A DNA stretch of 64,000 nt from Candidatus Hodarchaeota archaeon (GCA_016839815.1 JAEOTM010000047.1:1-64000), one strand, 5' to 3'. Positions 29,965-40,863 are shown, numbered from the stretch's first letter. The notes: generated from the letters alone by a model not told the origin. Numbers and translations: made by a program.

Positions 29965-31140
29965 ATGACCACGTCCCCATTCAAACAAATTTTTGAGGCT
30001 AAATCGACACCAGTTTACTGGCTTGAAACTCTGGAAGATGTTACTCACTTTGGAGAGATTTTACGAGAATCCCACGTAAAAAAAATAGCCATTGATCAAG
30101 AGCGTGCTCCTTACAATAAATTTTATCATCAAATTCCCTGTCTATTACAAATTGCCACAGAAGAAATAATCGGATTCATCGACTTATTGAATAATCCTCA
30201 TGTCGTAGATCCCATAAAAGATATCCTTCAAGACCCCTCAATTAAGAAAATCTTTTTTGATGCTCCCTGGGATATCTTTTACTATCGTAAATATTTAGAT
30301 TTAGACATCAAAGGGATTAAGGATATTCAAGTCGCATCTTCTTTACTTCATCCAACTTTAGGAACAGCAAGTTTGATCTCCCTTGTTAACGATGAATTTC
30401 ATGTAGAGATTATGAAATCTAAGAAACAACAGAAAAGTGATTGGACCAAACGTCCCCTAAAAAATCAACAAATTGCGTACGCAAGTCATGAAATCGTATG
30501 GTTCTTACCCGTCTATGAGGCCCTTATTCAAAAACTTAAACAGAATGATTTACTTGAATTTTTTCATTATGGGAATAGTAGAATCAATCTAGAAGTGCCT
30601 AATCTTGAATATTCACCTATGAATATCCGACGAGTCAAAGGATACGATTCTCTCTCTAACCAAGAAAAACGAAGGCTTATCCAACTGGGAATAATTCGTG
30701 ATCAACTTGCCCGAGAGTGGAATCGCCCAATTTTTCATGTTTTAACGAACCAACAACTACTGACATTAGCCAATAAGGGAACTATGCTCCAAGATGTACT
30801 CACATCAAGACAGAAATTTTCAAAAAGGGCTAAAAATCTTATTAAAAAGGTATTAAAGGATTCTCATCCAGATACACCAATCGAAAATGGTAATTCTCAC
30901 TCAAAGGATATCCTACCCTTAAAACAACTTTTGTTAAACTGGAGATTTTCGGCTAGTAAAATCCATCAAATACCTAAAAGATTCATAATCAGTGCAAATG
31001 AGATTGAGGATTTAGATGATCAGAAATTTAATTCTATTAAAATGTTATTAGAGTCAATCTGGTTTACTAAATGCCAAGATCCAAAGTGTAAAACTTTAAC
31101 CGCAGAATTGGAAGAATATCTGAAATTAAACTCCTCTTAA
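29965..31140 (+). CDS. rnd: RNase D-like 3'-5' exonuclease with HRDC domains
   Basis: AIDQE, LLQIAT, SDWTKRPL..QIAYA, then an HRDC-like RDQLAREWNRP segment. Confidence 0.8.
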   Translation: MTTSPFKQIFEAKSTPVYWLETLEDVTHFGEILRESHVKKIAIDQERAPYNKFYHQIPCLLQIATEEIIGFIDLLNNPHVVDPIKDILQDPSIKKIFFDAPWDIFYYRKYLDLDIKGIKDIQVASSLLHPTLGTASLISLVNDEFHVEIMKSKKQQKSDWTKRPLKNQQIAYASHEIVWFLPVYEALIQKLKQNDLLEFFHYGNSRINLEVPNLEYSPMNIRRVKGYDSLSNQEKRRLIQLGIIRDQLAREWNRPIFHVLTNQQLLTLANKGTMLQDVLTSRQKFSKRAKNLIKKVLKDSHPDTPIENGNSHSKDILPLKQLLLNWRFSASKIHQIPKRFIISANEIEDLDDQKFNSIKMLLESIWFTKCQDPKCKTLTAELEEYLKLNSS

Positions 31141-31291
31141 ATTTCCTAAAAATTGACTGTAGAGAGGTTATTACCGTTTCAGTTATATTCCGAACATTTA
31201 TTCTCTGAGGGAGAATCACTATCATATCCTTGACCGCCGCATTCTCAAATTCTATAAATGTCGCCAGACTATACTTAATCTGTTTAGGGAT

Positions 31292-31783
31292 GTGACTGTA
31301 ATGCAAGTGAATATGTCAAATACTGGCACCAGTATAAGTAAATTGATTGTTAGAGGGATCGTAGGATTCTTAGTTCTCTGGATGATGCTCATCCTCGGTG
31401 TTACAGGATTTACTTTCACTTTAGCAGGAGGACTCGTTACTGCATTATCTTGGATTCCAATCGTCTATCCAGAGCTAGCTCAATTCTCGGTGTATATTGA
31501 CGGAGGATATGTATTGGTTGATCCAGCAATCATCGTTCTTTTGTTAGCTTTTGTTGGTATCGTACTCTTGACTCTGGGAATTGCGTTAATCGTGCTAACC
31601 GTGACGATTGGTAAAAAAGCTGTTGGATGGGATAAGAAAATTATTTCCTATATAGATAAGAAGCTTATTCCCACAAAAAACAATAGACTTGCGCAACTGG
31701 AACGTCTTAGTAATCTTTACGATCGGGGTTTTATATCTGAAGAGGAATTTCAACAGGAAAAGAGTCTTTTACTCTCCAATTAG
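31292..31783 (+). CDS. Membrane protein with C-terminal SHOCT domain
   Basis: Hydrophobic helices followed by LERLSNLYDRGFISEEEFQQEK. Confidence 0.75.
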   Translation: MTVMQVNMSNTGTSISKLIVRGIVGFLVLWMMLILGVTGFTFTLAGGLVTALSWIPIVYPELAQFSVYIDGGYVLVDPAIIVLLLAFVGIVLLTLGIALIVLTVTIGKKAVGWDKKIISYIDKKLIPTKNNRLAQLERLSNLYDRGFISEEEFQQEKSLLLSN

Positions 31784-31793
31784 AGTTTAGAAG

Positions 31794-32372
31794 TCAAAAA
31801 TTAGGGTTAATTACTTTTGAACGATCCCCAGCAACAGAAATTTGAACTAAGGATCGAGCAGTAACACCAGTTTCTTTTTTTACTCTCTCTACCCCCTTAT
31901 ATTCTATCTTTTCAGCCAATATTATAACATCAACAATTTTTGCTCCCACCTTTTGTAAAGTCTTAATAATTCCAATCATGGTTCCTCCTGTGCTTATAAT
32001 ATCATCAATAATGATAACACGGTCATCCTTATCTATTCCACTCAGGTAAAGGGTGCCCTCTTTCACATACTCGCATGAAAAGATTTCAGAAACTTGATTA
32101 GCTAATTGATTAGGTACCCAGCGAACCATTCCAAAAGATAAACCGGTTTTTAAAGATACAGCGGCTAGAAGAATCCCTCCTTTGTCTTCTTCGGTTAAAA
32201 GTTTATCACAATCAGGTGTTATTTCAGCGGTAATCCATTCCGCAGCTAGTTCCAATAGATTGGAGGATGTGGCGGGAACTTGTTCAGTCAGAGAGTTGAG
32301 AATGAACTTATATCCCTCAACTTCATAGAGTGGTTGATCGTGGAAATTTTCGCAAACAAGAGCAAATCTCAT
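31794..32372 (-). CDS. Purine phosphoribosyltransferase (APRT/HPRT-like, archaeal type)
   Basis: PRPP-binding loop IIIDDIISTGGT. Confidence 0.85.
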   Translation of the reverse strand: MRFALVCENFHDQPLYEVEGYKFILNSLTEQVPATSSNLLELAAEWITAEITPDCDKLLTEEDKGGILLAAVSLKTGLSFGMVRWVPNQLANQVSEIFSCEYVKEGTLYLSGIDKDDRVIIIDDIISTGGTMIGIIKTLQKVGAKIVDVIILAEKIEYKGVERVKKETGVTARSLVQISVAGDRSKVINPNF

Positions 32373-32449
32373 AATTAATCAATTCTCTTGGGTGGATAGA
32401 ATATAATAAGTTAATGCCTTTATCAATTCTATTCTTGATAGGTGATAAT

Positions 32450-32791
32450 ATGTCGAAGATAAAAGAATTTAATGAATTCAGATCAAAAATGAATGAAGTC
32501 ATTTTGAGTAAAAAACATCAAGGAATTAATCGATTCTTTGCTCTTGATACAAGAGCATATGAGGAAGGAGCGCTTGAACCGAAAATTAAGGAACTTCTGG
32601 GATTAGTAGCTAGTATGGTACTACGATGTAACGATTGTATAACTTACCATATCCTAGAGTGCCATAAACATGGAGTAACTGAACAAGAATTCCTAGAAGC
32701 ATTCAATGTGGCACTGATCGTAGGTGGTTCCATTGTTATTCCTCATCTACGAGTAGCTATGGAAATAGTTGAAGAATGTATACATAAATAA
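32450..32791 (+). CDS. Carboxymuconolactone decarboxylase/AhpD family protein (start revised to ATG 32450)
   Basis: KELLGLVASMVLRCNDCITYH. GGTGA ribosome-binding site before the ATG. Confidence 0.85.
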   Translation: MSKIKEFNEFRSKMNEVILSKKHQGINRFFALDTRAYEEGALEPKIKELLGLVASMVLRCNDCITYHILECHKHGVTEQEFLEAFNVALIVGGSIVIPHLRVAMEIVEECIHK

Positions 32792-32816
32792 CAGGTCTTC
32801 ATGAATAGAAGATTCT

Positions 32817-33425
32817 TCACCCAAAATAATCAGGTTCATTCCCTTCTTTCCATTTAATATTACACCCGATACTAGGAATTTGATCTTTAGGTGACTCTTT
32901 TCCTGCTAGTAATAAATCTAGAGCGTTTCTTAGGTCATTACCAGTCACTGGATTTTCATTTTTTGGACGACTAGCATCCAATTGTCCACGATAGTACAAC
33001 TTCAGATCTTCATCAAATAAGAAGAAATCTGGAGTACAGGCGGCTTTGTAACTCTTCGCTACTTCCTGTGATTCGTCCCAGCAATATGGAAATTCCCATC
33101 CTTTCTCTTCTGCGAGCTCCTTCATATGCTCTGGAGCGTCAATTGGATAAGAATCTACATCGTTAGCTCCAATTGCGATAAAAGACACACCACGAAAATT
33201 ATAATCATCATAAATAGATTTAAAGTGATCACGTACATGAATAACATAAGGACAATGATTACTAATAAAAAAAACTAATGTAGCTTTGGTACCACGTACT
33301 TTATACAAGGAAATTTCTTTATTATTAACACTATTTGGTAATGTAAATTCAGGAGCCTTAGTTCCTAAGGGTAACATTTGGGATTCAACAGAAACCATTT
33401 TTTTCAACCGTTTAAGTACTCTCAC
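32817..33425 (-). CDS. Thioredoxin-like/AhpC-TSA family protein (start probably 33398)
   Basis: SNHCPYV, ACTPDFF, YRGQLD, SIGCNIKW. Confidence 0.85.
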   Translation of the reverse strand: MRVLKRLKKMVSVESQMLPLGTKAPEFTLPNSVNNKEISLYKVRGTKATLVFFISNHCPYVIHVRDHFKSIYDDYNFRGVSFIAIGANDVDSYPIDAPEHMKELAEEKGWEFPYCWDESQEVAKSYKAACTPDFFLFDEDLKLYYRGQLDASRPKNENPVTGNDLRNALDLLLAGKESPKDQIPSIGCNIKWKEGNEPDYFG

Positions 33426-33531
33426 GTCTGTAAATTAAGTATATGTGTTTGAAAATGGGAATATTCACTTTCTATTTTTCCCGCAAAATATCTTAATATG
33501 CACACCAAACTCCGCAAGGGATGAATAAACT

Positions 33532-34071
33532 ATGGAACACGGCTGCAAATGCACTCAACAGATAGTCGCGCTGGATGTGGAGAGTGTCCTTGCTGATATT
33601 CACACAGCATGGATTGATCATTATAATAAAAAATTCACAATAAAAGATATTACAGATTGGGATTTTTTAAGTTTACAAAAATGGGATGAAACCTTAACCT
33701 CGTTCTTGGAAGAGACAGATGATCTATGGGTTAATCATCCAAAGAAAATACCTCCCACCATCCCAAATCTGAGAGAAGCGACTAAACACATCCGACCATT
33801 TGATATCGTTACTTCTAGACGTACTCTCGGAGGCATAATCGAGTGGGTTGAACATCACAAGTTAGATTACCGTGCAATAGTCTATGTCCCTGATGATAAA
33901 GCAGATCTTGACTATTGCATGTACATTGATGACAATCCTAATCTTGCCAAGAAACTAAAAGATAATCAATTCTTATGGCTGATTTCGCAACCTTATAATC
34001 AGGAAATTCAGGAAACATCGCAAGTACGAAGAATTACTTCAATTCTTGAAGCAGTTAATCAAAAAGGATAA
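33532..34071 (+). CDS. HAD-superfamily 5'(3')-deoxyribonucleotidase-like protein
   Basis: LDVESVLAD, IVTSR, IDDNP, PYN. Confidence 0.7.
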   Translation: MEHGCKCTQQIVALDVESVLADIHTAWIDHYNKKFTIKDITDWDFLSLQKWDETLTSFLEETDDLWVNHPKKIPPTIPNLREATKHIRPFDIVTSRRTLGGIIEWVEHHKLDYRAIVYVPDDKADLDYCMYIDDNPNLAKKLKDNQFLWLISQPYNQEIQETSQVRRITSILEAVNQKG

Positions 34072-34084
34072 TTTCTTGTAAATT

Positions 34085-34945
34085 TCAACCTACAGAAAAT
34101 TTCACCTTATAGTAAATACGTGTTCTTGTACCCACCTTATTAGATATAAAAGTATAATCATATTGCTGATTATTCAACTCTTCTTCTAAGACAGACTTCA
34201 ATCTTGGTAGAGTCAATTGGAAAAAGACTGGAGGGGGATCCAAAAAGTCTCTCACTTCAGATAACAGAGAAAGAATAAATTCATGGCCAATTGGCCCTCC
34301 CACTAGTTCATAGTAATTGCCTACAAACCCTCTGGTAGAGGATTTGTGCTGTTGGTAAAAGGTTTCATCATATTGAGGGGGATTGCATAAGATTAAATCG
34401 AAGGTAGAAAGATCATCAATCAAACCCTGAATGATTTTGTTTTCAGCTTGTACTAAAGTAATACGATTTGAAAGTCCATTTCTTTGAATATTCGAATTCG
34501 CATATTGAAGAGCAATCTCATCGACTTCAGTTGCAGTAACAGTAATTCCCAAACGTCCTAGCATTAAAGAAAGAATTCCCGATGCCCCAGTACCGATTTC
34601 TAAAACATTAGATGGATTTTGTCGTAGGATATACTTCACAAAAGTCCAACGACTACATATAGTAGGAATTAAGTAACCTTCGGGCAAATCAAATTCCAAA
34701 GCCATGAATTCTCTAAGGATTACCTTGTTATAAAGGATTAAAGCCTTGGTATTACCTAATTCGAGTTTATTATTTGTTACATATTGAGATAGTTTAGGTT
34801 CAAGCTTCAATGCCTGTTTAATAGGGACACCACACTTTTTAGCTGGAAAGGAGAGGAAATTCATATGTATTCTACACAATGAAGTATGTGAATATCTTAC
34901 CAAAAAAGAATTGGGTGAAAGAAAGAATGAGTGGGTACAAATCAA
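34085..34945 (-). CDS. SAM-dependent methyltransferase, RlmF/METTL16-related (start probably 34864)
   Basis: LIPTICSR, EIGTGASG, CNPPQY. Confidence 0.75.
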   Translation of the reverse strand: MICTHSFFLSPNSFLVRYSHTSLCRIHMNFLSFPAKKCGVPIKQALKLEPKLSQYVTNNKLELGNTKALILYNKVILREFMALEFDLPEGYLIPTICSRWTFVKYILRQNPSNVLEIGTGASGILSLMLGRLGITVTATEVDEIALQYANSNIQRNGLSNRITLVQAENKIIQGLIDDLSTFDLILCNPPQYDETFYQQHKSSTRGFVGNYYELVGGPIGHEFILSLLSEVRDFLDPPPVFFQLTLPRLKSVLEEELNNQQYDYTFISNKVGTRTRIYYKVKFSVG

Positions 34946-34978
34946 ATCAGGCTAAAAAAGCGGTAGAAGGATTTATTC

Positions 34979-36211
34979 ATGACAAATAGTAAAATTCCTA
35001 ATTGGAAGATCCATACATTGGCATTACATGGTGGGGAAGAAGAAAAATTTGCAGATTCGCATTTAATGCCTATATTTACTTCATCTACCTTTACATTTCC
35101 GAATGTGGATGTTGGAATAGCACGATTCTCCGGTGAAGAGCCAGGTTACATCTATACTCGCTTAGGGAACCCTACAATCCGAGAATCAGAGAGAAAACTT
35201 GCGTTATTGGAGGGACGAGAATTGATGAAAGAGGGAAGAAGAGTAGAAGGACATGCATTTGCGACAGGTATGGGAAGTATTTCTTCAGCATTAATGGCCC
35301 TAACGAAATCTGATGAAAATATTATCGCGACCAATCCATTATATGGAGGTACTAACTATCTCCTTGATGGAATCCTAAAACCTTATGGTGTATCAACAAC
35401 TTTCGTCGATACGTCTGGAGAAAGAGGGCCTGAAAGAATTAATGAACAAATTAAGAATTATACTAAAGCAATTTATTTGGAAAGTCCCACAAATCCTAAT
35501 CTAGTAATTTGTGATATTCTGGAGATCTCAAAAGTTGCTAGAGATAGTGAAATACCTGTAGTAATAGATAATACGTTCGCTACCCCAGTTCTTCAGCGTC
35601 CATTGGAGTTAGGAGCAAGTATTTCTCTTCATTCCACTACAAAATATTTGAATGGTCATGGTACCACAGTATCTGGAATTTTAGCCGCGAGTTTATCTGA
35701 TGAACACGAAAATAGGCTTGAATTCGTAAAAAAGAACTTAGGAGCGACACAATCTCCATTTGATAGTTTTCTTGTCTTGCAGGGAATGAAAACCCTTCCT
35801 TTACGAATGGAAAGACATTGTGCAAATGCACAGATAATTGCAGAATATTTGGAAGAGCATCCTAAAGTTGATACAGTCTATTATCCTGGCTTAAGTTCAC
35901 ATCCACAGCACTCATTAGCGAAAAAACAAATGATAGGAGGATATGGAGGAATGGTTGCATGTGAGCTTAAGGGAGGTATCGAAGCAGGAAAGATATTACA
36001 GAATTCAGTTGAGGTATTTACATTAGCAGTGTCGCTAGGATGTGTAGATTCATTGATACAACATCCAGCAAGTATGACTCATGTTTCTGTCCCACGAGAG
36101 ATCCGTTTACAAGGAGGTATTACTGATGGATTGGTTCGAATTTCAGTTGGGCTTGAAGATACTGATGATTTAATTGAAGATCTATCACAAGCACTGGCAA
36201 AGATCTCATGA
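34979..36211 (+). CDS. megL: Methionine gamma-lyase / transsulfuration PLP enzyme
   Basis: YTRLGNPT, ESPTNP, DNTFATP, HSTTKYLNGH, AVSLG. Confidence 0.8.
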   Translation: MTNSKIPNWKIHTLALHGGEEEKFADSHLMPIFTSSTFTFPNVDVGIARFSGEEPGYIYTRLGNPTIRESERKLALLEGRELMKEGRRVEGHAFATGMGSISSALMALTKSDENIIATNPLYGGTNYLLDGILKPYGVSTTFVDTSGERGPERINEQIKNYTKAIYLESPTNPNLVICDILEISKVARDSEIPVVIDNTFATPVLQRPLELGASISLHSTTKYLNGHGTTVSGILAASLSDEHENRLEFVKKNLGATQSPFDSFLVLQGMKTLPLRMERHCANAQIIAEYLEEHPKVDTVYYPGLSSHPQHSLAKKQMIGGYGGMVACELKGGIEAGKILQNSVEVFTLAVSLGCVDSLIQHPASMTHVSVPREIRLQGGITDGLVRISVGLEDTDDLIEDLSQALAKIS

Positions 36212-36213
36212 TA

Positions 36214-37092
36214 TTATGATATCTTTTTTCTAATAAATTCCTCTATAAGATCTGCAATCATGATTGCTCCTTCTGTATTTAGATGGAGATAATCTAGATG
36301 AAGCTTAAATCCAGCTTTTTTTGATATTATATCCCAACTTCGAAATAATCCATAGTGTTGAATAGCCGCCCACAATGTTAACCTCATCCCATCTTCATAA
36401 TCAAAACGTGGGTGGGCAGAGTTCTTTACTAGATAATCAATCATCTGCTTTTCAAGTGGAAGACAGTCACATCCATGTTTTATCGCCGTTTCTCGTATGA
36501 TTTCGCTGTATTCGTTCGTACAATGAAAAATTTTGCTATTAGGAGACTCACCAATTGTAGGAAGAGTTATAAGCGCAATTTGGGCACTAGTTTTGTTTTT
36601 GAGTAAACTAACAATGTCGTTTAATGAAGTTTTATACCATTCAAGATCAGGTTTTTCTGGTAAACCCATCCTCCTGATATAATCAGCCATATTTTGCCTA
36701 GAAAGAGTAGCATTTACATCATTTGTACCAATTAGTATAGTAATAAAATCAGGTTTACACTCAATTATACCTGGTAATCGTTCCAGTACATTCCATGCAA
36801 GATTAGAATTAACACCTGCATTAACAAACTCGTAATCTGGTCCAAATCTCTCCCGTAACATTCTGACATAGTTTGAACTTATCCTTCCATGAGTAAGACT
36901 ATCGCCTACACATACTACCACAGATTTTTGTTCAAGATTCAAACGTTTTCTGCGAATAAATCGTTCAGGAGTAATGTTAGGTAATTTCATCACTTGGTAG
37001 TTTATGTAATACGCGATAAGAAGTACTAGTGTAAGTAAAACGATAAATATTAGTGAAATTCCTAAAAAGGTTTCTAAAAACTCATTTGGCAT
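36214..37092 (-). CDS. SGNH/GDSL hydrolase with N-terminal TM
   Basis: GDSLT, NAG, GTND, DYLH. Confidence 0.87.
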   Translation of the reverse strand: MPNEFLETFLGISLIFIVLLTLVLLIAYYINYQVMKLPNITPERFIRRKRLNLEQKSVVVCVGDSLTHGRISSNYVRMLRERFGPDYEFVNAGVNSNLAWNVLERLPGIIECKPDFITILIGTNDVNATLSRQNMADYIRRMGLPEKPDLEWYKTSLNDIVSLLKNKTSAQIALITLPTIGESPNSKIFHCTNEYSEIIRETAIKHGCDCLPLEKQMIDYLVKNSAHPRFDYEDGMRLTLWAAIQHYGLFRSWDIISKKAGFKLHLDYLHLNTEGAIMIADLIEEFIRKKIS

Positions 37093-37209
37093 TATCTGAA
37101 GATAAAAACCAAATTTCTATTGAAGGTTTCTGGGGTAGAAGGAAAAAAATATTTTGGAAAAAGATAATATGTATAGTAACACTATGAAAAAAAGAGAAGG
37201 ATGTCGCGT

Positions 37210-38946
37210 TTAGCGACGTTTTCGGAGTGCGATCAGAGTAGCCAAAACAAACGGGAGAAAAATAAGTTCAAATCCAGGACTGATGGTTGGTGTAGTTTCC
37301 CTGTCATCAGTTGAGGTATTGTCTTCAACTGGTATTGTTGCTGAAATAGTAGAAGTAGTAGTATTCTCAGGTGGTAATCCATCATCTGTGGATTCCCACC
37401 AGCAGTCGTCATCCCAGATTTGACCTGTTTCGTCAGTGACGGTCAGTATAACAGTATATGATCCTTTTTCGTCAAATACAAATTCTACTTGGTCAGACCA
37501 ATTTCCGAAAGCAGGGAACAAAAACGAGGTATTATAGAAAATAACTTCACCACTCGGTTTTTTCATTTTGGCTTCAATATAAACGTATTTATCGACAGAA
37601 AAATGTGAAAATACTACAAATTCCATTGTACCACCTTCACCCACCTTGACATAATAGTCTTGATGAATGTGTACCTCAAAAGCTTTATCGTCGTCCAAGA
37701 CATCATAGTAACATGAAGCGTAATAGTATTCATTGTTGATATTATCTCTGACAACTAATTCTACACCATAATAGCCTGGTATATAGAATACGTATGAAAC
37801 CTGTTGAGACCAGGTTGACATGGAATGTAGGGTCACATTCGCATCAGAAAAGGTAATATTACTATATTCGTTACCACCTATAGGCCCATTAAATGTCAAT
37901 TCCACCGCGATCGATGTATCATTCTGCAAGAACGACCGGATTACTATGGTTAAATATTCAGGTTTCCCTACTTGAGCTACATAATCTTGTTCAAGGAATA
38001 CGACTATGTCACCATCAGTTACTTCCCACCAACAGTCGTCTTTCCAGGGATTATCCATATCATCAATGACAGTAAAGAATACATCGTAATATCCTACCTC
38101 CAAGAAGGTATGGGTCACTTCTGTGTGCCAGAATTCTCCTGAAAAAAGAAGGACCGAGAGGTTTTGGTAAAGAGTAATCTCTGTACCTGAAGGAAGTATC
38201 ATTGTTATAAACACTTGAACCGTCATGTTATGTTGAAAAGCGGAATAAATTTCGAAACCCATCCAACCAGAATCACCAATACGTGCATAGTTTTCCTGAT
38301 AGATCTTTATACTAAGGAATTCAGGAATATAGGGTTCTCCAGATTCAATCTTGATATCATCTATTAGCCAGCCTCGCATATCATTTGCGACTTCATCTCC
38401 TGTATCAAAATGAAATCGTACCTTAACAGAATTGTTTTTAAAAGGAGTTAGATCGAAGGCATATCTATACCATGAAGTGTGCATCGAAACATTCCCAATA
38501 TTTGTCCAGGTTAAGCCATCATCTGTTGAGATAAAGACCATCTTGTGATCGTAGTAGTCTCCAAGCTCAGTATCAGCATAACTCATGAGACTGAGGACAA
38601 TATTTCCACTTAGCCCAGTCAAATCCAAGTTTTCAGATATAAGATCTCCTGAATTATTAGTCTCTGTTCCAAACCCATCAAATGTCTCATAAGTCCCTGT
38701 TCGATTGTCTCCATACCAAGCGTAATATTTTCCGCTAGGAACATTACCTATTGGATGATTGGAGAGATCATCATTTTCTATATGCCATAAACCGGTTGCT
38801 TTCCACGGTAATAATGATCCTGATTCGAAATCCTCATATAGATCATCTCCCAGTACAGCAACTCCAGCAGGCATCATATTTAACATTCCTAGTGCAAATA
38901 TGACTAGGAATAAGCCATTTATTAATCGTGATCTCACAAATTTCAC
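37210..38946 (-). CDS. Cell-surface protein: jelly-roll domain, about three Ig-like repeats and PGF-type tail
   Basis: EDFESG...GWLIDDI domain. Repeats of IxQDYxAxVG...GYYxV...DDCWWE. SPGFE + TM + RKRR. Confidence 0.75.
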   Translation of the reverse strand: MKFVRSRLINGLFLVIFALGMLNMMPAGVAVLGDDLYEDFESGSLLPWKATGLWHIENDDLSNHPIGNVPSGKYYAWYGDNRTGTYETFDGFGTETNNSGDLISENLDLTGLSGNIVLSLMSYADTELGDYYDHKMVFISTDDGLTWTNIGNVSMHTSWYRYAFDLTPFKNNSVKVRFHFDTGDEVANDMRGWLIDDIKIESGEPYIPEFLSIKIYQENYARIGDSGWMGFEIYSAFQHNMTVQVFITMILPSGTEITLYQNLSVLLFSGEFWHTEVTHTFLEVGYYDVFFTVIDDMDNPWKDDCWWEVTDGDIVVFLEQDYVAQVGKPEYLTIVIRSFLQNDTSIAVELTFNGPIGGNEYSNITFSDANVTLHSMSTWSQQVSYVFYIPGYYGVELVVRDNINNEYYYASCYYDVLDDDKAFEVHIHQDYYVKVGEGGTMEFVVFSHFSVDKYVYIEAKMKKPSGEVIFYNTSFLFPAFGNWSDQVEFVFDEKGSYTVILTVTDETGQIWDDDCWWESTDDGLPPENTTTSTISATIPVEDNTSTDDRETTPTISPGFELIFLPFVLATLIALRKRR

Positions 38947-39171
38947 CTTTGCAAAGAAGTTACTCGAGAAGAGTAACTCGACCTATATTGATAATGGAAT
39001 GACTTTTTTTTAAACCCCTTTGGAATGAACTTCCGCAGAAAAGTGTTTGAACCGAAATCACTAAATCTAATCTCGGAGCTAATTGGTTCTCACAATTTTT
39101 TCATGGAGAGAATTCTTTATAGGGAAACAACTGAAAAACTAAAAAACTGATATTCAAGGACTGATAAAATT

Positions 39172-40863
39172 ATGAGCTTCCGAGAAATGGTACAATCAGG
39201 AAAATCTAGTCATCTTTTCATAGCTATTCTACCCTCTTCTTATTTCTGGATAGCAGGAACTTTCTTCTTCCTGATTAATGGCTTAAAATTAATTGAGTAT
39301 GCTAAAGACCAGAATTTACTAACTGGATTTCTAGGCACAACAGCTTTAGGAGATTTATTAATTGGAATCTTTTACGCAATTCCTCCTCTATTAGCAATAG
39401 GTCTTGTTGGTCAATTAATTGATAATCGGCCATATTTACTCGGTACAATTACACTGATCAGTTTACTCATCTCAGCTAGTGCCCTTTTTCTTTTCGTGAT
39501 TGCGTTGAAACTTCTTATCGCACCGGTGACTTTGATACTTGTCACGGTGTTTTTAACTGGATTAGCCTGTCTTGCTACAGCAAGTCATACAATTTATGGA
39601 GCGGTCACAAAATGGAGTCATAGGGGACGGGGATTTGCTGTTGGAAATTTAATATTTGGGTTGACAATTGTGATTTTACTGCTAATTTCAGGAATGTTTA
39701 ACTTGGATTTTTTCTTTTCACTATTAATAATTTCTTTACTTGGGTTTTTACTGAGTGCATTATTCTATTATACGACTCGAGACTGGATATATTGGCGAAA
39801 TGACGATTGGCCAACTAAAACTTCACAAATCCTTGTACGGCAATCAGTAAAAGCATATTTTTTCTCCCATATTCTTATTTATTTCATGTTAGGATTGACG
39901 ATCGGTAGTTTAGCTCAGGAAGGAGTAAATGAAAACTATTCTAGTTTCTTAGGGATTGAATTAGGTGCGTTTGAAACATTCTGGGCTATAGTAATCTTAG
40001 GTACTGTGATCTTCGTCATCCCTGCAGGATATCTATCCGACAAAATTGGTAGAAAAGATTTAACGATCATGGCAACCTATGGTATCGTTCTAGCCTCGCT
40101 GATAACGTCTTTGAATGGTTTACTGGACCCGAACTTTGATTCTATAGTTTATGTTCTAACAGCCTTTACAATTGGAGTATCGTTTGCGTTTCTTCATCCT
40201 ACACTGGACAGTAGCTTATGGATTGATTTATCATCCAAGGACTCTATTGGTCGATATTGTGACATTAATGTCTATTCTCTTGTAACAGGGTTGGCTGCTG
40301 GGTTTGGAATAAGCTATTTCTTTTTGACAACACTCATAGAATATAGAAATATTATGGTTTTAATGTATATAGGATTAGCTGTGCTAGCAGTACTTCCTTT
40401 ATTCTGGGTGAGTGATTCTTTTCCTCCCCTTGAGTTTTTCCTATTATTAGTTATAAATGATGCAGGAGTTCCTATCTTTCACTACTCTTTTGGTAGAAAA
40501 AAAGAACTACAAGTCGATCTCCCTTTAATAGCGGGAGCATTGTCAGCAGTTGGCTCATTCATGTTAGAGGCAACTGGAGAAGCAGGAGCTAAACTCAATC
40601 TTGTTAGGCATGGTACTCATTTTATTCTCTCAGACCAAAGTAGCGATATAGGACTGACAGCAACGATTTTTGCTAATAAAAATGATCCAGAACTGCAAAT
40701 AGTTCTCTCAAAATTCCTTCGTAGATTCAGGAAAAGATTTTCCAAGGAGCTACACGAATGGAAAGGAGATATTCAATTATTCGAGAGTGCATTAGAAGAT
40801 GCAGAAGAAATCTTCGGTCCATTAATCACCATAGCGACAGGTGAACAAATGATCACTGAATGA
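39172..40863 (+). CDS. MFS-like membrane protein fused to a C-terminal longin/roadblock-like domain
   Basis: About 12 TM with GYLSDKIGRK (MFS motif A). Soluble tail LLVINDAGVPIF...LIAGALSAVGSFMLE. Confidence 0.75.
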   Translation: MSFREMVQSGKSSHLFIAILPSSYFWIAGTFFFLINGLKLIEYAKDQNLLTGFLGTTALGDLLIGIFYAIPPLLAIGLVGQLIDNRPYLLGTITLISLLISASALFLFVIALKLLIAPVTLILVTVFLTGLACLATASHTIYGAVTKWSHRGRGFAVGNLIFGLTIVILLLISGMFNLDFFFSLLIISLLGFLLSALFYYTTRDWIYWRNDDWPTKTSQILVRQSVKAYFFSHILIYFMLGLTIGSLAQEGVNENYSSFLGIELGAFETFWAIVILGTVIFVIPAGYLSDKIGRKDLTIMATYGIVLASLITSLNGLLDPNFDSIVYVLTAFTIGVSFAFLHPTLDSSLWIDLSSKDSIGRYCDINVYSLVTGLAAGFGISYFFLTTLIEYRNIMVLMYIGLAVLAVLPLFWVSDSFPPLEFFLLLVINDAGVPIFHYSFGRKKELQVDLPLIAGALSAVGSFMLEATGEAGAKLNLVRHGTHFILSDQSSDIGLTATIFANKNDPELQIVLSKFLRRFRKRFSKELHEWKGDIQLFESALEDAEEIFGPLITIATGEQMITE

